A stretch of 64,000 bases of DNA from positions 19,147 to 83,146 of the forward strand of contig NW_025215297.1 of assembly GCF_004010195.1 (NCBI RefSeq), given 5' to 3'. This document shows, piece by piece, positions 24,981 through 36,844 of the stretch; the stretch's first letter is position 1; every line of letters begins with the position of its first letter. This DNA comes from Chiloscyllium plagiosum (Eukaryota). The translations under genes and the position numbers were made by a program. The notes below the pieces were generated by a model that was given only the letters and a program-made list of their open reading frames with translations, did no database searches and was not told the origin of the DNA.

Positions 24981-25850
24981 GTAAAGCAGAGGTTGATTTA
25001 CACCCCCACCCCACCTCACCTCACGGAACTAAAACCGACTCACCCAAAGAGGATCACCTCATTCTATAATCTGTTAAAAGGAGTGTGAGAATGTGTGCAA
25101 TCTATTTTTTTTCCAGCAGCTTCCACTGGTTAAACAAATTAAATCCCCGACACTCACCCTAGTAACAATTTATTTATCTAACTTGAACAGTAAAAAAAAT
25201 TAACTAAACTATTAACAAATAGAATAAATCCTTTCTAATTACTAATTATTACCGAATATGGCCAGATTCTGATGGTAAACTGTTCCAATAAATACAAGTC
25301 CCACTTATATAAAAACAAACCGAACTTAGTCTCAAAATTATAGCCAGATTACATCTTCCCGAATGTTCTGTGCCTTCTTCCATCAGATCCTCCTCCAGGA
25401 ATGCCTACTCAGATTCTCCAATGGAAAGACCTTTTTCCATTGTTTCTACATCGTTGGTACCGTATGGTAAACTGTTCCAATAAATACAAGTCCCACTTAT
25501 ATAAAAACAAACCGAACTTAGTCTCAAAATTATAGCCAGATTACATCTTCCCCAATGTTCTGTGCCTTCTTCCATCAGATCCTCCTCCAGGAATGCCTAC
25601 TCAGATTCTTCTATTGGAAAGACCTTTTTCCATTGTTTCTACATCGTTGGTACCGTTATTACTTAGTTGATTATTTTTCTAATGCATAAATGACTGTGAA
25701 AGCCAATTTCACTCTCTCTCTCTTGGATTGGTCCCAGGTTGTCAAAACCATCAGATTTAAATTTAACAGGTCTTTGGTAGCTAAGGGCCCGATTTAAATT
25801 GATTGCCTAAATTTAAAACCTGTTGTCATGATAAAACTGCTGCTTGGCCT
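24980..25850 (-). mobile_element. Probable solo LTR containing a tandem duplication
   Basis: Composition and termini resemble the reverse complement of the other LTRs in the window; boundaries approximate. Confidence 0.45.
25272..25656. repeat. Tandem duplication, 2 x about 192 bp, near identical
   Basis: atggtaaactgttcc...cgttggtaccgt at 25272-25463 and 25464-25656. Confidence 0.95.
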
Positions 25851-26791
25851 TTCGATATAAAATGTTTCAACTTGGGTGCTGTGGGTACTAGCAAACCGAA
25901 GCTGCCACCAGGGGAGGTTCACGAGGTTAATTCCGGAGTTGAGGGGGTTAGCTTATGAGGAGAGACTGAATAGACAAGGATTATATTCATTGGAATTTAT
26001 TGTTTCTATTATCCTTTTAATCCTCCATCATCCAATTTTGTCTCTATTTCCAAGTTTGAACTCCAAAATACAGAATAGCCTCATTGTCAATTCTATCTAG
26101 TTTTGACCTAAATTACTGAGTTTGAACTTGATTATCCAAGCTATCATAGATTGGAACAGGAATAGGCTATTCAGCTCATCAAGCTGGTTCTGCTATGTAA
26201 TATGATCATGGATGATTAAACTTTAATTTCTTCAAAGTTCTCCAAAACCCAGTTTGATTGAAATGCACAATTTGCCCTGTATTTGCCCTTTGTTAGCCAG
26301 CTTGTCTCCCATTATTCATTTTGCTGCCAGTTATCGTTTACTGTCTGTATTTGCTGACCATTTCCAGTCTTTCCTCCATTTTACAGCATGACCTGAAGTA
26401 TGCAGTTTTACCTCCATTGTCCATGGTGTTCTCCATTATCTACATGGATTTCGAATGTGAAACTATTATACATCAGACTCAGAAGCAAAGTCAGGAGGCA
26501 TGTTTTCACACACAGAACTTTATAATCCAGTTTTGCTTAGTTTGATCTGTGTCCTCTACTTTGTCTTCCATTATCTCATAGCCTCCAGTGCCAAAACACG
26601 GGTCAACAACCAAAGGCCAAATTCATAGATGTACTGGAAAATGGTTGCGCAAAAGAGAATGAGGATGCCCATCGAATAAGGGCTCAATGCAATTATGCTC
26701 CAAAGACAAAGGGAGATAGAAATCAGAAAATTTTAAAAATGAAATGCTGTTGTATGATGATCCTTCTCAATAACCATGTGATATTTGAAAT

Positions 26792-27252
26792 GCTGTGGTT
26801 CTGTTCGCCGAGCTGGAAGTTTTTGTTGCAAACGTTTCGTCCCCTGTCGAGGTGACATCCTCAGTGCTTGGGAGCCTCCTGTGAAGCGCTTCTGTGGTGT
26901 TTCCTCCGGCATTTATAGTGGCCTGTCCCTGCTGCTTCCGGTTGTCAGTTTCAGCTGTCCGCTGTAATGGCCGATATATTGGGTCCAGGTCCACAAACTC
27001 CATCAACAAACACATCGACCTGGACCCAATATACCGGCCACTACAGCAGACAGCTGAAACTGACAACCGGAAGCGGCAGGGACAGGCCACTATAAATGCC
27101 GGAGGAAACACCACAGAAGCGCTTCACAGGAGGCTCCCAAGCACTGAAGATGTTACCTAGACAGGGGACGAAACGTTTGCAACAAAAACTTCCAGCTCGG
27201 CGAACAGAACCACAGCAACAAGCACCCGAGCTACAAATCTTCTCACAAACTT
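26792..27252. mobile_element. Head-to-head inverted Penelope pseudo-LTR pair (family A) with 13-bp TSD and a hammerhead on each strand
   Basis: Arms about 26793-26991 and 27017-27214 are reverse complements; TSD tgatatttgaaat at 26779-26791 and 27253-27265; hammerheads at 26828-26867 (-) and 27141-27180 (+). Confidence 0.9.
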
Positions 27253-27287
27253 TGATATTTGAAATACTATTATTATCTCTGATGCAG

Positions 27288-27395
27288 CAACACATTCATG
27301 TCAGAATGGAGGGACCTGGAATGGACATAAATGTGACTGCAAGGAGAACTACGTTGGGTCCTCTTGTGAATTTGTAGCAGAAACTATCAAAGTTG
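27288..27395 (+). pseudogene. Membrane mucin (MUC3/12/17-like) EGF1 exon THSCQNGGTWNGHKCDCKENYVGSSCEFVAETIKV (exon itself intact)
   Basis: gatgcag| acceptor, G|gtaagt donor, phase 1-1, 108 nt; CQNGGTW-G-KC-C----G--C pattern. Confidence 0.85.
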
Positions 27396-28779
27396 GTAAG
27401 TTAATTTTTAAGACTAATTTTATTTTTCGATGCTATTGCTTTGTATTTGCTCTATTTCCCTTACCTGACAACATCCATCTCAGCCTTCACAGTATCGCCC
27501 ACCAACTGGAGGGACGTATTTCAGATTTTGACAGTTCTGTGTGTGAAAGCATGCCTCCTGACTTTGCTTCTGAATCTGATGTACAATAGTTTCACATTCG
27601 AAATCCAACAGTTATATGGCACACAGTCACAACAAAATATTTACACCCATAAATCTCAACTTGATAAATATCCACTGAGCAAAGAATTTCACTTTTAATT
27701 TTGCATTAAGTCAGAATGCTAATTTTTAAGGCCTTATCTTTTTTGTTTCTTGTTTCTTTTTACTACTCTACTTGCAAACTGGGGGGGGGGCGGGGTTTGT
27801 GGGATTCCAATTAATTTTAATCATTTGGTCAATCTGTTCAATAACACTTGCCTTTCTGCTGGGCTAAAAGGTTCTAAGTTAATTTTTTCCCTGTCCTGTG
27901 GATTCCCCTGCCTATCTCTTCAATGTTTAACTACAGCTCACAGATGAGCTATAGGTGCGGGTCTTTCTGATTCATAGGATGGTAGGTCATCCCACCTCTT
28001 CCCGCCCCATGTCAATACAAGCCCATTTTGTTCTCTAACCCATTCCAGTGAATGTCATCATCCTCGCTGCCCTCTGAGTAGAGCGGGACATTGGTGCCTC
28101 CCCTACTGCAACCACTATCTGGCCTTTGGCTTTAAACTGTCACGTCTGATAGCCACCACCCTCACTGTTCTCGCCTGTCACCGGTTATATTACTGACAAG
28201 GGTTGTCTGAATTACAGCACCTTCTCATATTTATCTTGACCTTGTCCCTTCCACCAAGCTTTCTGCTCTGGTATCAGGGGGGTCTGGGTCATACCACCTC
28301 CTGATCATATTCATGATCAGCTTCTGGTTACAATCCAGTATACTTTGTTGTACTGACCTTCTGGGCCCCATATTATGTTTCCTTTGTCCTTAGACACGAT
28401 CCATTCTGGACCCTTTCCAGCTGTCATGGTCTTATGCCTCCCTAAGCATGCTTTTCAACAGAGGTGTCCTGCTGTGGGGCTCAGTCCTCCCCAATACTGA
28501 CTTTCCTCAGGCCTTATCAGTCCTGCTGTAGGGCCACCTCCTTCCTGGTGCACACTAGATCAATTGATTGTCTACTGAACACACCACAACTCCCTTCTCA
28601 TTCTTAGTTCTTTTCATGCTGCAAATTACAGCTAGGATTGACTATAGGGTTTGCCCTCTACCCAATAAGGGTGGCAACAAACTCTGTAGACAGTGTTTCA
28701 GATGAAGTCTCAACAATGCCCAGCATAACTGATTGGTATTGGACATTTCTCTTAAGGGAGGCAAGAGAGGAGGGGGAGT

Positions 28780-31130
28780 GGCCTTTCTCCAATTTAGAAC
28801 TTCAACTTTTAGATCTGGTCTATCCTTTCCATCACTATTTTAAAATGAATAGAATTATGGTCGCTGCTCCCCCACTGACACCTCAGTCATCTGCCTTATT
28901 TCCAAGAGTAGGTCAAGTTTTGCACCTTCTCTAGTAGGTACATCCACATACTGAATCAGAAAATTGTCTTGTACACACTTAACAAATTCCTCTCCATCTA
29001 AACCTTTAACACTATGGCAGTCCCAGTCTATGTTTGCAAAGTTAAAATCCCCTACCATAACTACCCTATTATTTCTTACAGACAGCTGAGATCTCCTTAC
29101 AAGTTTGTTTCTCAATTTCCCTCTGACTATTGTGGGGGCTATAATACAATCCCAACAACATGATCATCCCTTTCTTATTTCTCAGTTCTACCCAAATAAC
29201 ATCCCTGGATGTATCCTCCCTCAGCACAGCTGTAATGCTATCCCTCATCAAAAATGCCACTCCCCCTCCTCTCTTGCCTCCCTTTCTATCCTTCCTGTAG
29301 GATTTGTATCCTGGAACATTAAGCTGCCCATCCTGGCCTTCCCCGAGCCATGTTTCCATAATTGCTATGATATCCCAGTCCCACGTTCATCTGCCTTCCC
29401 TGTTAGGTCCCTTGTATTGAAATAAATGCAATTTAATTTATTATTCCTACCTTGTCCCTGCCTGCCTGACTCACTTCTGTTCTCAGCTGTACCCGTCTCA
29501 GATCGATCTCTTTCCTCACTATCTCCCTGGGTCCCACCACCTTACTAGTTTAAATCCTCCCAAGCGGTTCTAGCAAGTTTCCCTGCCAGTATTAGTCTCC
29601 TTCCAATTTAAGTGCAATCCGTCCTTCTTGTACAGGTCACTTCTACCCCAAAAGAGATTCCAATGCTCAAAAAATGTGAATCCTTCTCCCATACACCAGC
29701 TCCTCAGCCATGCATTCATCTGCTCTATCCTCCTATTCCTGCCCTCACTAGCTCGTAGCACTGGGAGCAATCCAGATATTACTACCCTCGAGGATCTCCT
29801 TTTTAAATTTCTGCCTAACTCTAATCTCCCTTCAGGATTTCAACCTTTTCCCTTCCAATGTGGACAATGACATCCTGCTGGCCCCTCATCCCCGAGAGAG
29901 ATTCTGCACCCTCAGATATCCTTGATCCTGGCACCAGGGAAACAACACACCATTCTGCTTTTTCTCTGCTGGCCACAGGAACGTCTGTCTGTACCTCAGA
30001 CTACGGAATCCCCTAACACAATTGATCTCTTGGAAGCCGACATACCCCTCGTTGCATTAGAGCCAATCTCCATACCTGAAACTTGGCTGTTCGTACTACG
30101 TTCCCCTGAGAATCCATCACCCCCTACATTTTCCAAAGCAGCATACCTGTTTGAAATGGGTATATCCACAAAAGACTCCTGCACTAGCTGCCTACCTCTC
30201 TTACCCTTCCTGGAGTTAACCCATCTGTGTGACTGTATCTGAGACTTTCCCCCCTTCCTATAACTGCCATCCACCACACACTGTTGCTGTTGCAAATTCC
30301 TCATCGCTTCTACCAGTCTCTCCAACCGACTCACTCGATCTGATAAGACTTGCATCCAACAGCATTTATGGCAGATATAATCTGCAGTAACCCTTAAACT
30401 CTCTTTAAATTCCCACAACTGACAAGTAATACATATCACTGCAAAGGCCGTTTTTGCTCCTTCACAATCTCCAGACCCAGAAAATAACACCGTCTTATTC
30501 CTCTACAAACACTGCCCCAGGTTAAAATATAAGCCATAGCCATTTAATTTAAGTTTAAATCGAGACTTACCTCCAAAAACATAATCAAGAAAGAATCCAC
30601 TATACCCATTACTACAGCCTCTCTTGGACAGCCTTAAAACAATGAACTTATCGGATTCTGTGCTGTGAACTTTGCCCAACAGTTCCTCCAAGATTAGTTC
30701 TGAATTTCACTGTTTGTTAATTTTCCCAGATGTTCTCTGATGTCCAGCGATACACAAATTCAAACAGCAAAGGCAGTAACTGTGCAGGTTCTCTCTCTCC
30801 CTCCTGCACTGTCCTCACCATGTGCTTCCTTTGTCTGCTCTTCTCCCTTTTAAACTTCTGTTGTTTTGACTTTTTTTTGCCAAAGTTCCAAAACAATGCA
30901 ACAGCATATAAAACAGGAATTGCTGTTCCTGGACTGCGAGGAAATTACCTCAAAAAAAGCAGCCCTTACAGCCAGAAATTTATCCTGTCCTCCATCTTCC
31001 AAAGTTCCAAAACAATGCAACAGCATATAAAACAGGAATTGCTGTTCCTGGAATGCGAGGAAATCACCTCCAAAAAAAGCAGCCCTTACAGCCAGAAATT
31101 TATCCTGTCCTCCATCTTGGATTACCCAGA
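28780..31130 (-). mobile_element. CR1 LINE 5' half: 5' UTR, ORF1 (Cys-rich zinc finger + SGNH esterase), APE endonuclease
   Basis: CITCQLW..YICHKCC, PISNRYAAL, IVLGDSVV, DGLHLN; METWL..GGGVA..WVEL..GLYY..VGDFNF. Confidence 0.9.
30880..31118. repeat. Tandem duplication of about 120 bp at the CR1 5' terminus
   Basis: ccaaagttccaaaac...cctccatctt at 30880-30998 and 30999-31118. Confidence 0.95.
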
Positions 31131-31229
31131 ACTTGCAAGTTGCTCTCCAAACCACTCACCATCCTGACTTGGTAATATAATCACTGTTCCTTCGGTGTCA
31201 CTGAGTCAAAATCTGGAAATTCTCTAAGG

Positions 31230-31995
31230 TCAGCATGATCTTGTGGGAAATCATGTCTCATGAACTTGATTGAATTTTGTTTGAAGTAGCAGCAAAGAGG
31301 ATTGATGAGGGCAGAGCGGTAGACATGATCTATATGGACTTCAGTATAGTGCTCGACAAGGTTCCTCATGGTAGACTAGTGAGCAAGGTTAGATCTCACT
31401 GAATACAGGGAGAACTAGCCATTTGGATACAGAACTGGCTTGAAAGTAGAAGATGAGAGTGGTGATGGGGGAGCTGCCTTTCACACCGGAATGGTGTGAC
31501 CAGTGGTGTGCCACAAGGATCAGTGCTGGGTCCACTGCTTTTTGTCATTTATATAAATGATTTAGATGTGAGTTTAAGAGGTATAGTTAGTAAGTTTGCA
31601 GATGACGCCAAAATTGGAGGTGTAGTGGACAGTGAAGGAGGTCATTCCAGAACAACAGGATCTAGATCAGATGGGTCAATGGGCTGAGGAGTGGCAAGTG
31701 GAGTTTAATTTAGATAAACGCGAGGTGCTGCAGGACTTGTACACTTAATGGCAAGGTCCTGGGGGGTGTTGCTGAGCAAAGAAACCTTGGAGTGCAGGTT
31801 CATAGTTCCTTGAAAGCAGAGTCTCGGGGTTGATAGGATAGTGAAGGTGTTTAGTATGCTTTTCTTCATTGGTCAGAGCATTGGGTACAGGAGTTGGGAG
31901 ATCGTGTTACAGCTGTACAGGACATTGGTTAAGCCACTTTTGGAATATTGTACAATTCTGGTCTTCCCTCCAAATCGGAAGGAGATTGTAAACTC
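31230..31995 (+). mobile_element. CR1 LINE RT fragment, abruptly truncated at about 31995
   Basis: [42 protein letters not shown]. Confidence 0.9.
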
Positions 31996-32143
31996 GCAGC
32001 TGCTTTTTATAACCATGCAGATAAGAGTCTCATTCCACCAACTGATTCCTGACAGTGAACTTTCCAACTGGATGACAGAAACCAGACCGCAAAAGGAGGA
32101 TTAATGAGAAAAGGAGTGGGGGCTCTGAGGAAATGTACTATAC

Positions 32144-32211
32144 CTTTTCGACATCTGGGACATCTAGAAAGTAACATGGAAGCACCTGGTAGGTTTTGCC
32201 AACATTGTTCA
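32144..32211 (-). CDS. hsd20b2/HSD17B12-family exon 5-equivalent (68 nt) VNNVGKTYQVLPCYFLDVPDVEK
   Basis: ttattttag| acceptor, AAG|gtatag donor; NNVG motif; in frame with exon 4. Confidence 0.88.
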
Positions 32212-32537
32212 CTAAAATAAAGAGATATTAAAATATTACAATTTGAACTGAACTATATCAAAATATCAAGCTATGACCCCACTCTGCCAATTACTTGCAT
32301 TATTTATTGTACCTAAACTAATACAATCACCTCCCTCTCAAATGTGGTGATGTAACACTAGCCACAAATCCTTTGCGCTATGATTAAATCTAACAGGCTT
32401 TGTGTTTTCTGATGAAGTTCTCCCTTATTTTAAATAACACACACTAGAGCATTTACTTTAATGACCAGTTCCTTCAGTCTTGATATCTGTTACATTTCCT
32501 AATGAATCTGAACGAGAGGGAAGAAAGTACTAGTCAC

Positions 32538-32648
32538 CCAGGATTCCAATGTTCAGATCCTTCAGTGCTGCTTCAATTGGTCCGTAGATCTCAGCGCCCT
32601 GATTAAAATCTGCCTGAACAATCTTTGTTTTCTTGCCATGCTGCTGTT
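32538..32648 (-). CDS. hsd20b2/HSD17B12-family exon 4-equivalent (111 nt) EQQHGKKTKIVQADFNQGAEIYGPIEAALKDLNIGIL
   Basis: ttgcag| acceptor, G|gtgact donor, phase 1-1; ADF..IY..I...L..L.IGIL motif. Confidence 0.9.
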
Positions 32649-32874
32649 CTGCAATTATCCAGAAAAAAGGAACATGTCATCTCACAGCTTCTAGAGTCAC
32701 TCATACATCCAAACATAGATGACACAATCATGATTGCCAGAAGACACTCGCTCTGTGACCCAGCACCTGTCTCTACAGGCCCATACAGTGGGATTACTTT
32801 TACCGTGCTCTAGCAATTAAAATGTAACACATTATGTTACATTGCAACCTGTGGGAAACACTGATGCTTCTTAC

Positions 32875-32950
32875 CTATTTCATCTGCCGTGGCTCTCAGC
32901 TTCTCCAACGACCGACTGATCAGCACCACATTGAGTCCTCTTCTTGCCAA
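32875..32950 (-). CDS. hsd20b2/HSD17B12-family exon 3-equivalent (76 nt) LARRGLNVVLISRSLEKLRATADEI
   Basis: ttaccag| acceptor, G|gtaaga donor; LAxxGxxVVLISRS motif. Confidence 0.9.
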
Positions 32951-33647
32951 CTGGTAATCAGGGAAAGAACTAGTTAATCCTGTGCCCAGATGATAGTTAG
33001 AAATGTCACAAATGCCAAGCTGAGCATCAATTGCACCAGAAGTATAATGACTGAGAACAGATTCTGCCATGATCAATGAAAACAAATAAGTCTCCAATAG
33101 CTCAACAGCTATTCCACTACCCCAGTGTGAAGAGCTCAGATACAGTTTCTGAAACATAGCATTTAGGGTATCACAGCTGTTTGGAGTATTTTTGGGAGAT
33201 TTAAAGAACTCAGCCAGGCTTTCCAACTCTGAACAATCCTGATATCTCTCCAGAGTGATGACAGGAAAATTAAATTACCTGCTTAGACCCTCAAGCTGGG
33301 CCATCATGAATGACAGCCATTTGATAATTACTGAAGGATGACCAATATCACAACACCAGGTTATAGTCCAACAGGTATTTGTAAGCACTAGCTTTCAAAG
33401 CACTGCTCCTTCATCAGGATTTGCATTTCAAAGAACAAAACTTCTTTTAAATTACATTCTCAAGCTGGCTCAGAATTCTGTCTATGTCCCAATGATATGT
33501 CAAACTGACAAACCCTCTGCATAGTTTTACATGGATTCGTGTAGTTTGAGCAAAATAAAGTATAATTCTGCAAAAACAAATTCACCCCATAAGCTTCTAC
33601 GTGCACACATGTAGGAGCAACAGATTGCCTGTGCATGAGAGTGTGTG

Positions 33648-34068
33648 CGGCTGGGGCTGTTTTCCCTGGAGCATCGGAGGCTAAGGAGTGACCTTATAGA
33701 GGTTTACAAAATGATGAGGGGCATGGATAGGATAAATAGGCAAAGTCTTTTCCCTGGGGTCGGGGAGTCCAGAACTAGAGGGCATAGGTTTAGGGTGAGA
33801 GGGGAAAGATATAAAAGAAACCTAAGAGGCAACCTTTTCACGCAGAGGATGGTATGTGTATGGAATGAGGAAGTGGTGGAGGCTGGTACAATTGCAATGT
33901 TTAAGAGGCATTTGGATGGGTATATGAATAGGAAGGGTTTGGAGGGATATGGGCCGGATACTGGCAGGTGGGACTAGATTGGGTTCGCATATCTGGTCGG
34001 CATGGACGGGTTGGACCGAAGGGTCTGTTTCCATGCTGTACATCTCTATGACTCTATGACTCTATGAC
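33648..34068 (+). mobile_element. CR1 LINE 3' end
   Basis: LFSLEHRRLRSDLIEVYK..RTRGH; (ctatgact)n tail. Confidence 0.92.
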
Positions 34069-34781
34069 TTACTCTGCCAGGAATCACTGAACAAAGGCCT
34101 GACCTGACTGAGGACTGCTGACATGATGACAAGCTTTCTCGCTGTGTGTCCATGCTAAACACCATGGCAGTGCAGATGCAATATTAGGCCAGTCTGTCAT
34201 GCTGAGGGTGCAATATGCTGATAGGCAAGTCAATACAAGGCAGGGGATGCTTTGAGCACCGAGGTAGTAAGTGCTAAGACAGCAAGCGTACAAACTGGAG
34301 ATGTGGCCTTGTGCGGTCCTAGTTTGTGATCTCACAGGATCCTTGTTATAGTGCTACAATGATCGTTGCCCTTGCATCCCGAGTTGCAATTTTAAAGTTC
34401 AGACACGTACTGTAGATGGATCAGAGACGTAGAGTGAGGATTTTTAAGAGGCGGGCACATATCAGATGCCATTGTCCATGGATTTGGGGTGTCTGTGGGT
34501 GGTATCCATGGAGTATGCCTTGAGATGTTAGTGTCTGATGTCTAACACAGAGGTCCTTCAGAGCAAGCAGTAAACTGAAGTCACCTGGCACCCACTCTTA
34601 CTTCCGTGTCGATGATTCTCAGCATCCACCTTCCTCCCTGCCAGCAGTGAGATAGAAAGCTCTATATCAATGAGGTGATTCACTGTAACCAAGATTTGGA
34701 GATGCCGGTGTTGGACTGGGGTGTACAAAGTTAAAAATCACACAACAGCAGGTTATAGTCCAACAGGTTTAATTGGAAGCA

Positions 34782-34816
34782 CACTAGCTTTCGGAGGGAC
34801 GCTCCTTCATCAGGTG
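34782..34816 (-). ncRNA. Minimal hammerhead ribozyme (family C)
   Basis: CAC-CUGAUGA-A-GGAG(CGUCC)CUCC-GAAA-GCUA-GUG; stem I CAC/GUG, palindromic AGCU stem III; core-mutated partner at 36076-36110 (+). Confidence 0.72.
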
Positions 34817-35112
34817 ATAGTGGAGGGCTCGATTGTAACAGAATTTATAGCAAAAATTTGCGGTGTGATGTAACTGAAATTATACATTGAAAAATTGATT
34901 GTCTGTTAAACCTTTCATCTGTTAGAATACAGTGATAGTTTCACTTCTTTCATGTGTAAATCACAAAACCTTTTTTTAAAAGTTGCANNNNNNNNNNNNN
35001 NNNNNNNNNNNNNNNNNNNNNTGAAAGGCAGTCTATGCATCTGAGAGAGTGTGTGTTTGAGAGACACTGTTTGAAAGTGTGTGTGTAGAGTGTGAGAGAG
35101 TGTATGCATATG

Positions 35113-35127
35113 AGAGTGAGTGAGTGA

Positions 35128-35163
<36 letters not shown>
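35113..35163. repeat. (GAGT)n(GT)n microsatellite
   Basis: Direct reading. Confidence 0.95.
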
Positions 35164-35164
<1 letters not shown>

Positions 35165-36844
35165 GATCTGTAGAGGAGCGACCAAAGAAGGTGTCAACAT
35201 GGACCCCACCGGAGGGCCGCTGTCCTGGGCTTGACGTGGATGCTCAAACTGTCAGGAAATATATAAATGCCAGATTCATCAGCCGTACCCACAAGGTGGA
35301 GCTAAACATCATCCGTTCACAACGCAATGCCACCCAGGCTCTCAAAACCAATCACAACATTGTCATCAAACCAGCAGATAAAGGAGGAGCCATTGTCATT
35401 CAGAATAGAACAGATTACTGCAAGGCAGTGTACCGACAACCGAACAACCAGGAACACTACAGGCAACTACCAGCTGATCCGACCAAAGAACACACCCGTG
35501 AATTAAACACACTGATCAGAACTTTGGATTCAGTCCTTCAGAGTTCCCTACGTGCCCTCATCCCACGTACTTCTCATGTAGGCGACTTTTACTGCCTTCC
35601 AAATCCCCAATCCCCACCCCAGACAGACACACACACACACAGACAGACAAAGACCGACATGCACACATATATTTTGTGGGGTGAATTTGTACTTGCAGGG
35701 TTACATTGCACTTTGCTTAAAAACTGCATACATTCATGTCGAACTCTGAACTCAAAAACTGCATGAATTTATGTAAAACTCTGTTATCTCACTTTTTAGA
35801 TTAGAATCAATCTAAACATCAGGTCATAGACAGAGAACACAGGGGGCTAACACCTTCAACATATTGTCTAGCTATCACCATTGCTAACAGCTAACCTGAG
35901 CATGCAACTTAAAAAAAAAGGTTTTGTGATTTACACATGAAAGAAGTGAAACTATCACTGTATTCTAACAGATGAAAGGCTTAACAGACGGTCAATTTTT
36001 CAATGTATAATTTCAGTTACATCACAGCGCAAATTTTTGCTATAAATTCTGTGTTGCGATCGAGCCCTCCACTATCACCTGGTGAAGGAGCGTTGCTTTG
36101 AAAGCTAGTGTGCTTCCAACTAAACCGGTTGGACTATAACCTGCTGTTGTGTGATTTTTAACAATGTAAACAAGGTTGTTACCAAGCAATAATCCCTCTT
36201 TAATTGGCTTTAATTCTTTAGTCCTCACTCCTTGGTGAAAACGTCACATTGACACCCTAAAGTTATTTTTAAAATATTGCGAATTGTTCCCGACATCAAT
36301 TTAAACCTCATTGAACTTTTCACATGATTCTGCCACATTTCACACCAAGGCTCAGGTCATTCAGGCCCCTACAGGATTCTGCCCGAAAAAAAAGATGTGC
36401 ACGAAAAGACAAAACAAAATGGATTATGGAGACTAAACCAGTGAGTGGAACTGGGTGGATAGATCCTTCAAAGAGCCACTCAAATAAAACAAAGACCTGC
36501 TTATATGGGAAATCTGAATCAGAAACAGAAATTGCTGGAGAAACTCAGCAGGTCTGACAGCATCTATGGGAAGAAAACAGAGTTAATATTTTCAATCTGG
36601 TGATTCCTCATTCTGGATGACTATATTCCTCATTATAAAATGTTTTGTCTTTTAGTCAATCAGTTAATCCGTGTAAATATGAAGGTTCCTGGGATGGTGA
36701 TGAATGTACCTGCCAAATACCATATGAAGGACAGTACTGGGAATTATTACCCAACTGTCCCTGGTAAATTGCATCTGTTTTATAATTTATCTGGTTATTA
36801 GTTTATGTTTCAGTGCCTGACATCAAATTATTTTGAAAATTAAA

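Larger units (their letters stand above)
34694..36161. mobile_element. Penelope-like element (family C) with inverted pseudo-LTRs around an ORF fragment
   Basis: Arms about 34730-34987 and 35902-36161 inverted; IVIKPADKGGAIVI..FYCLP at 35190-35600; imperfect TSD cactgtaaccaag/caatgtaaacaag at 34681-34693 and 36162-36174. Confidence 0.85.

Noticed and set aside
36709..36760. Minus-strand LGNNSQYCPSYGIW followed by a GT donor, spaced like the end of HSD17B12 exon 1
   Set aside because: Needs a 1-nt insertion for the right phase, the upstream frame is hydrophilic with a stop, and no exon 2 (TGxxxGIG) was found between it and exon 3; likely chance
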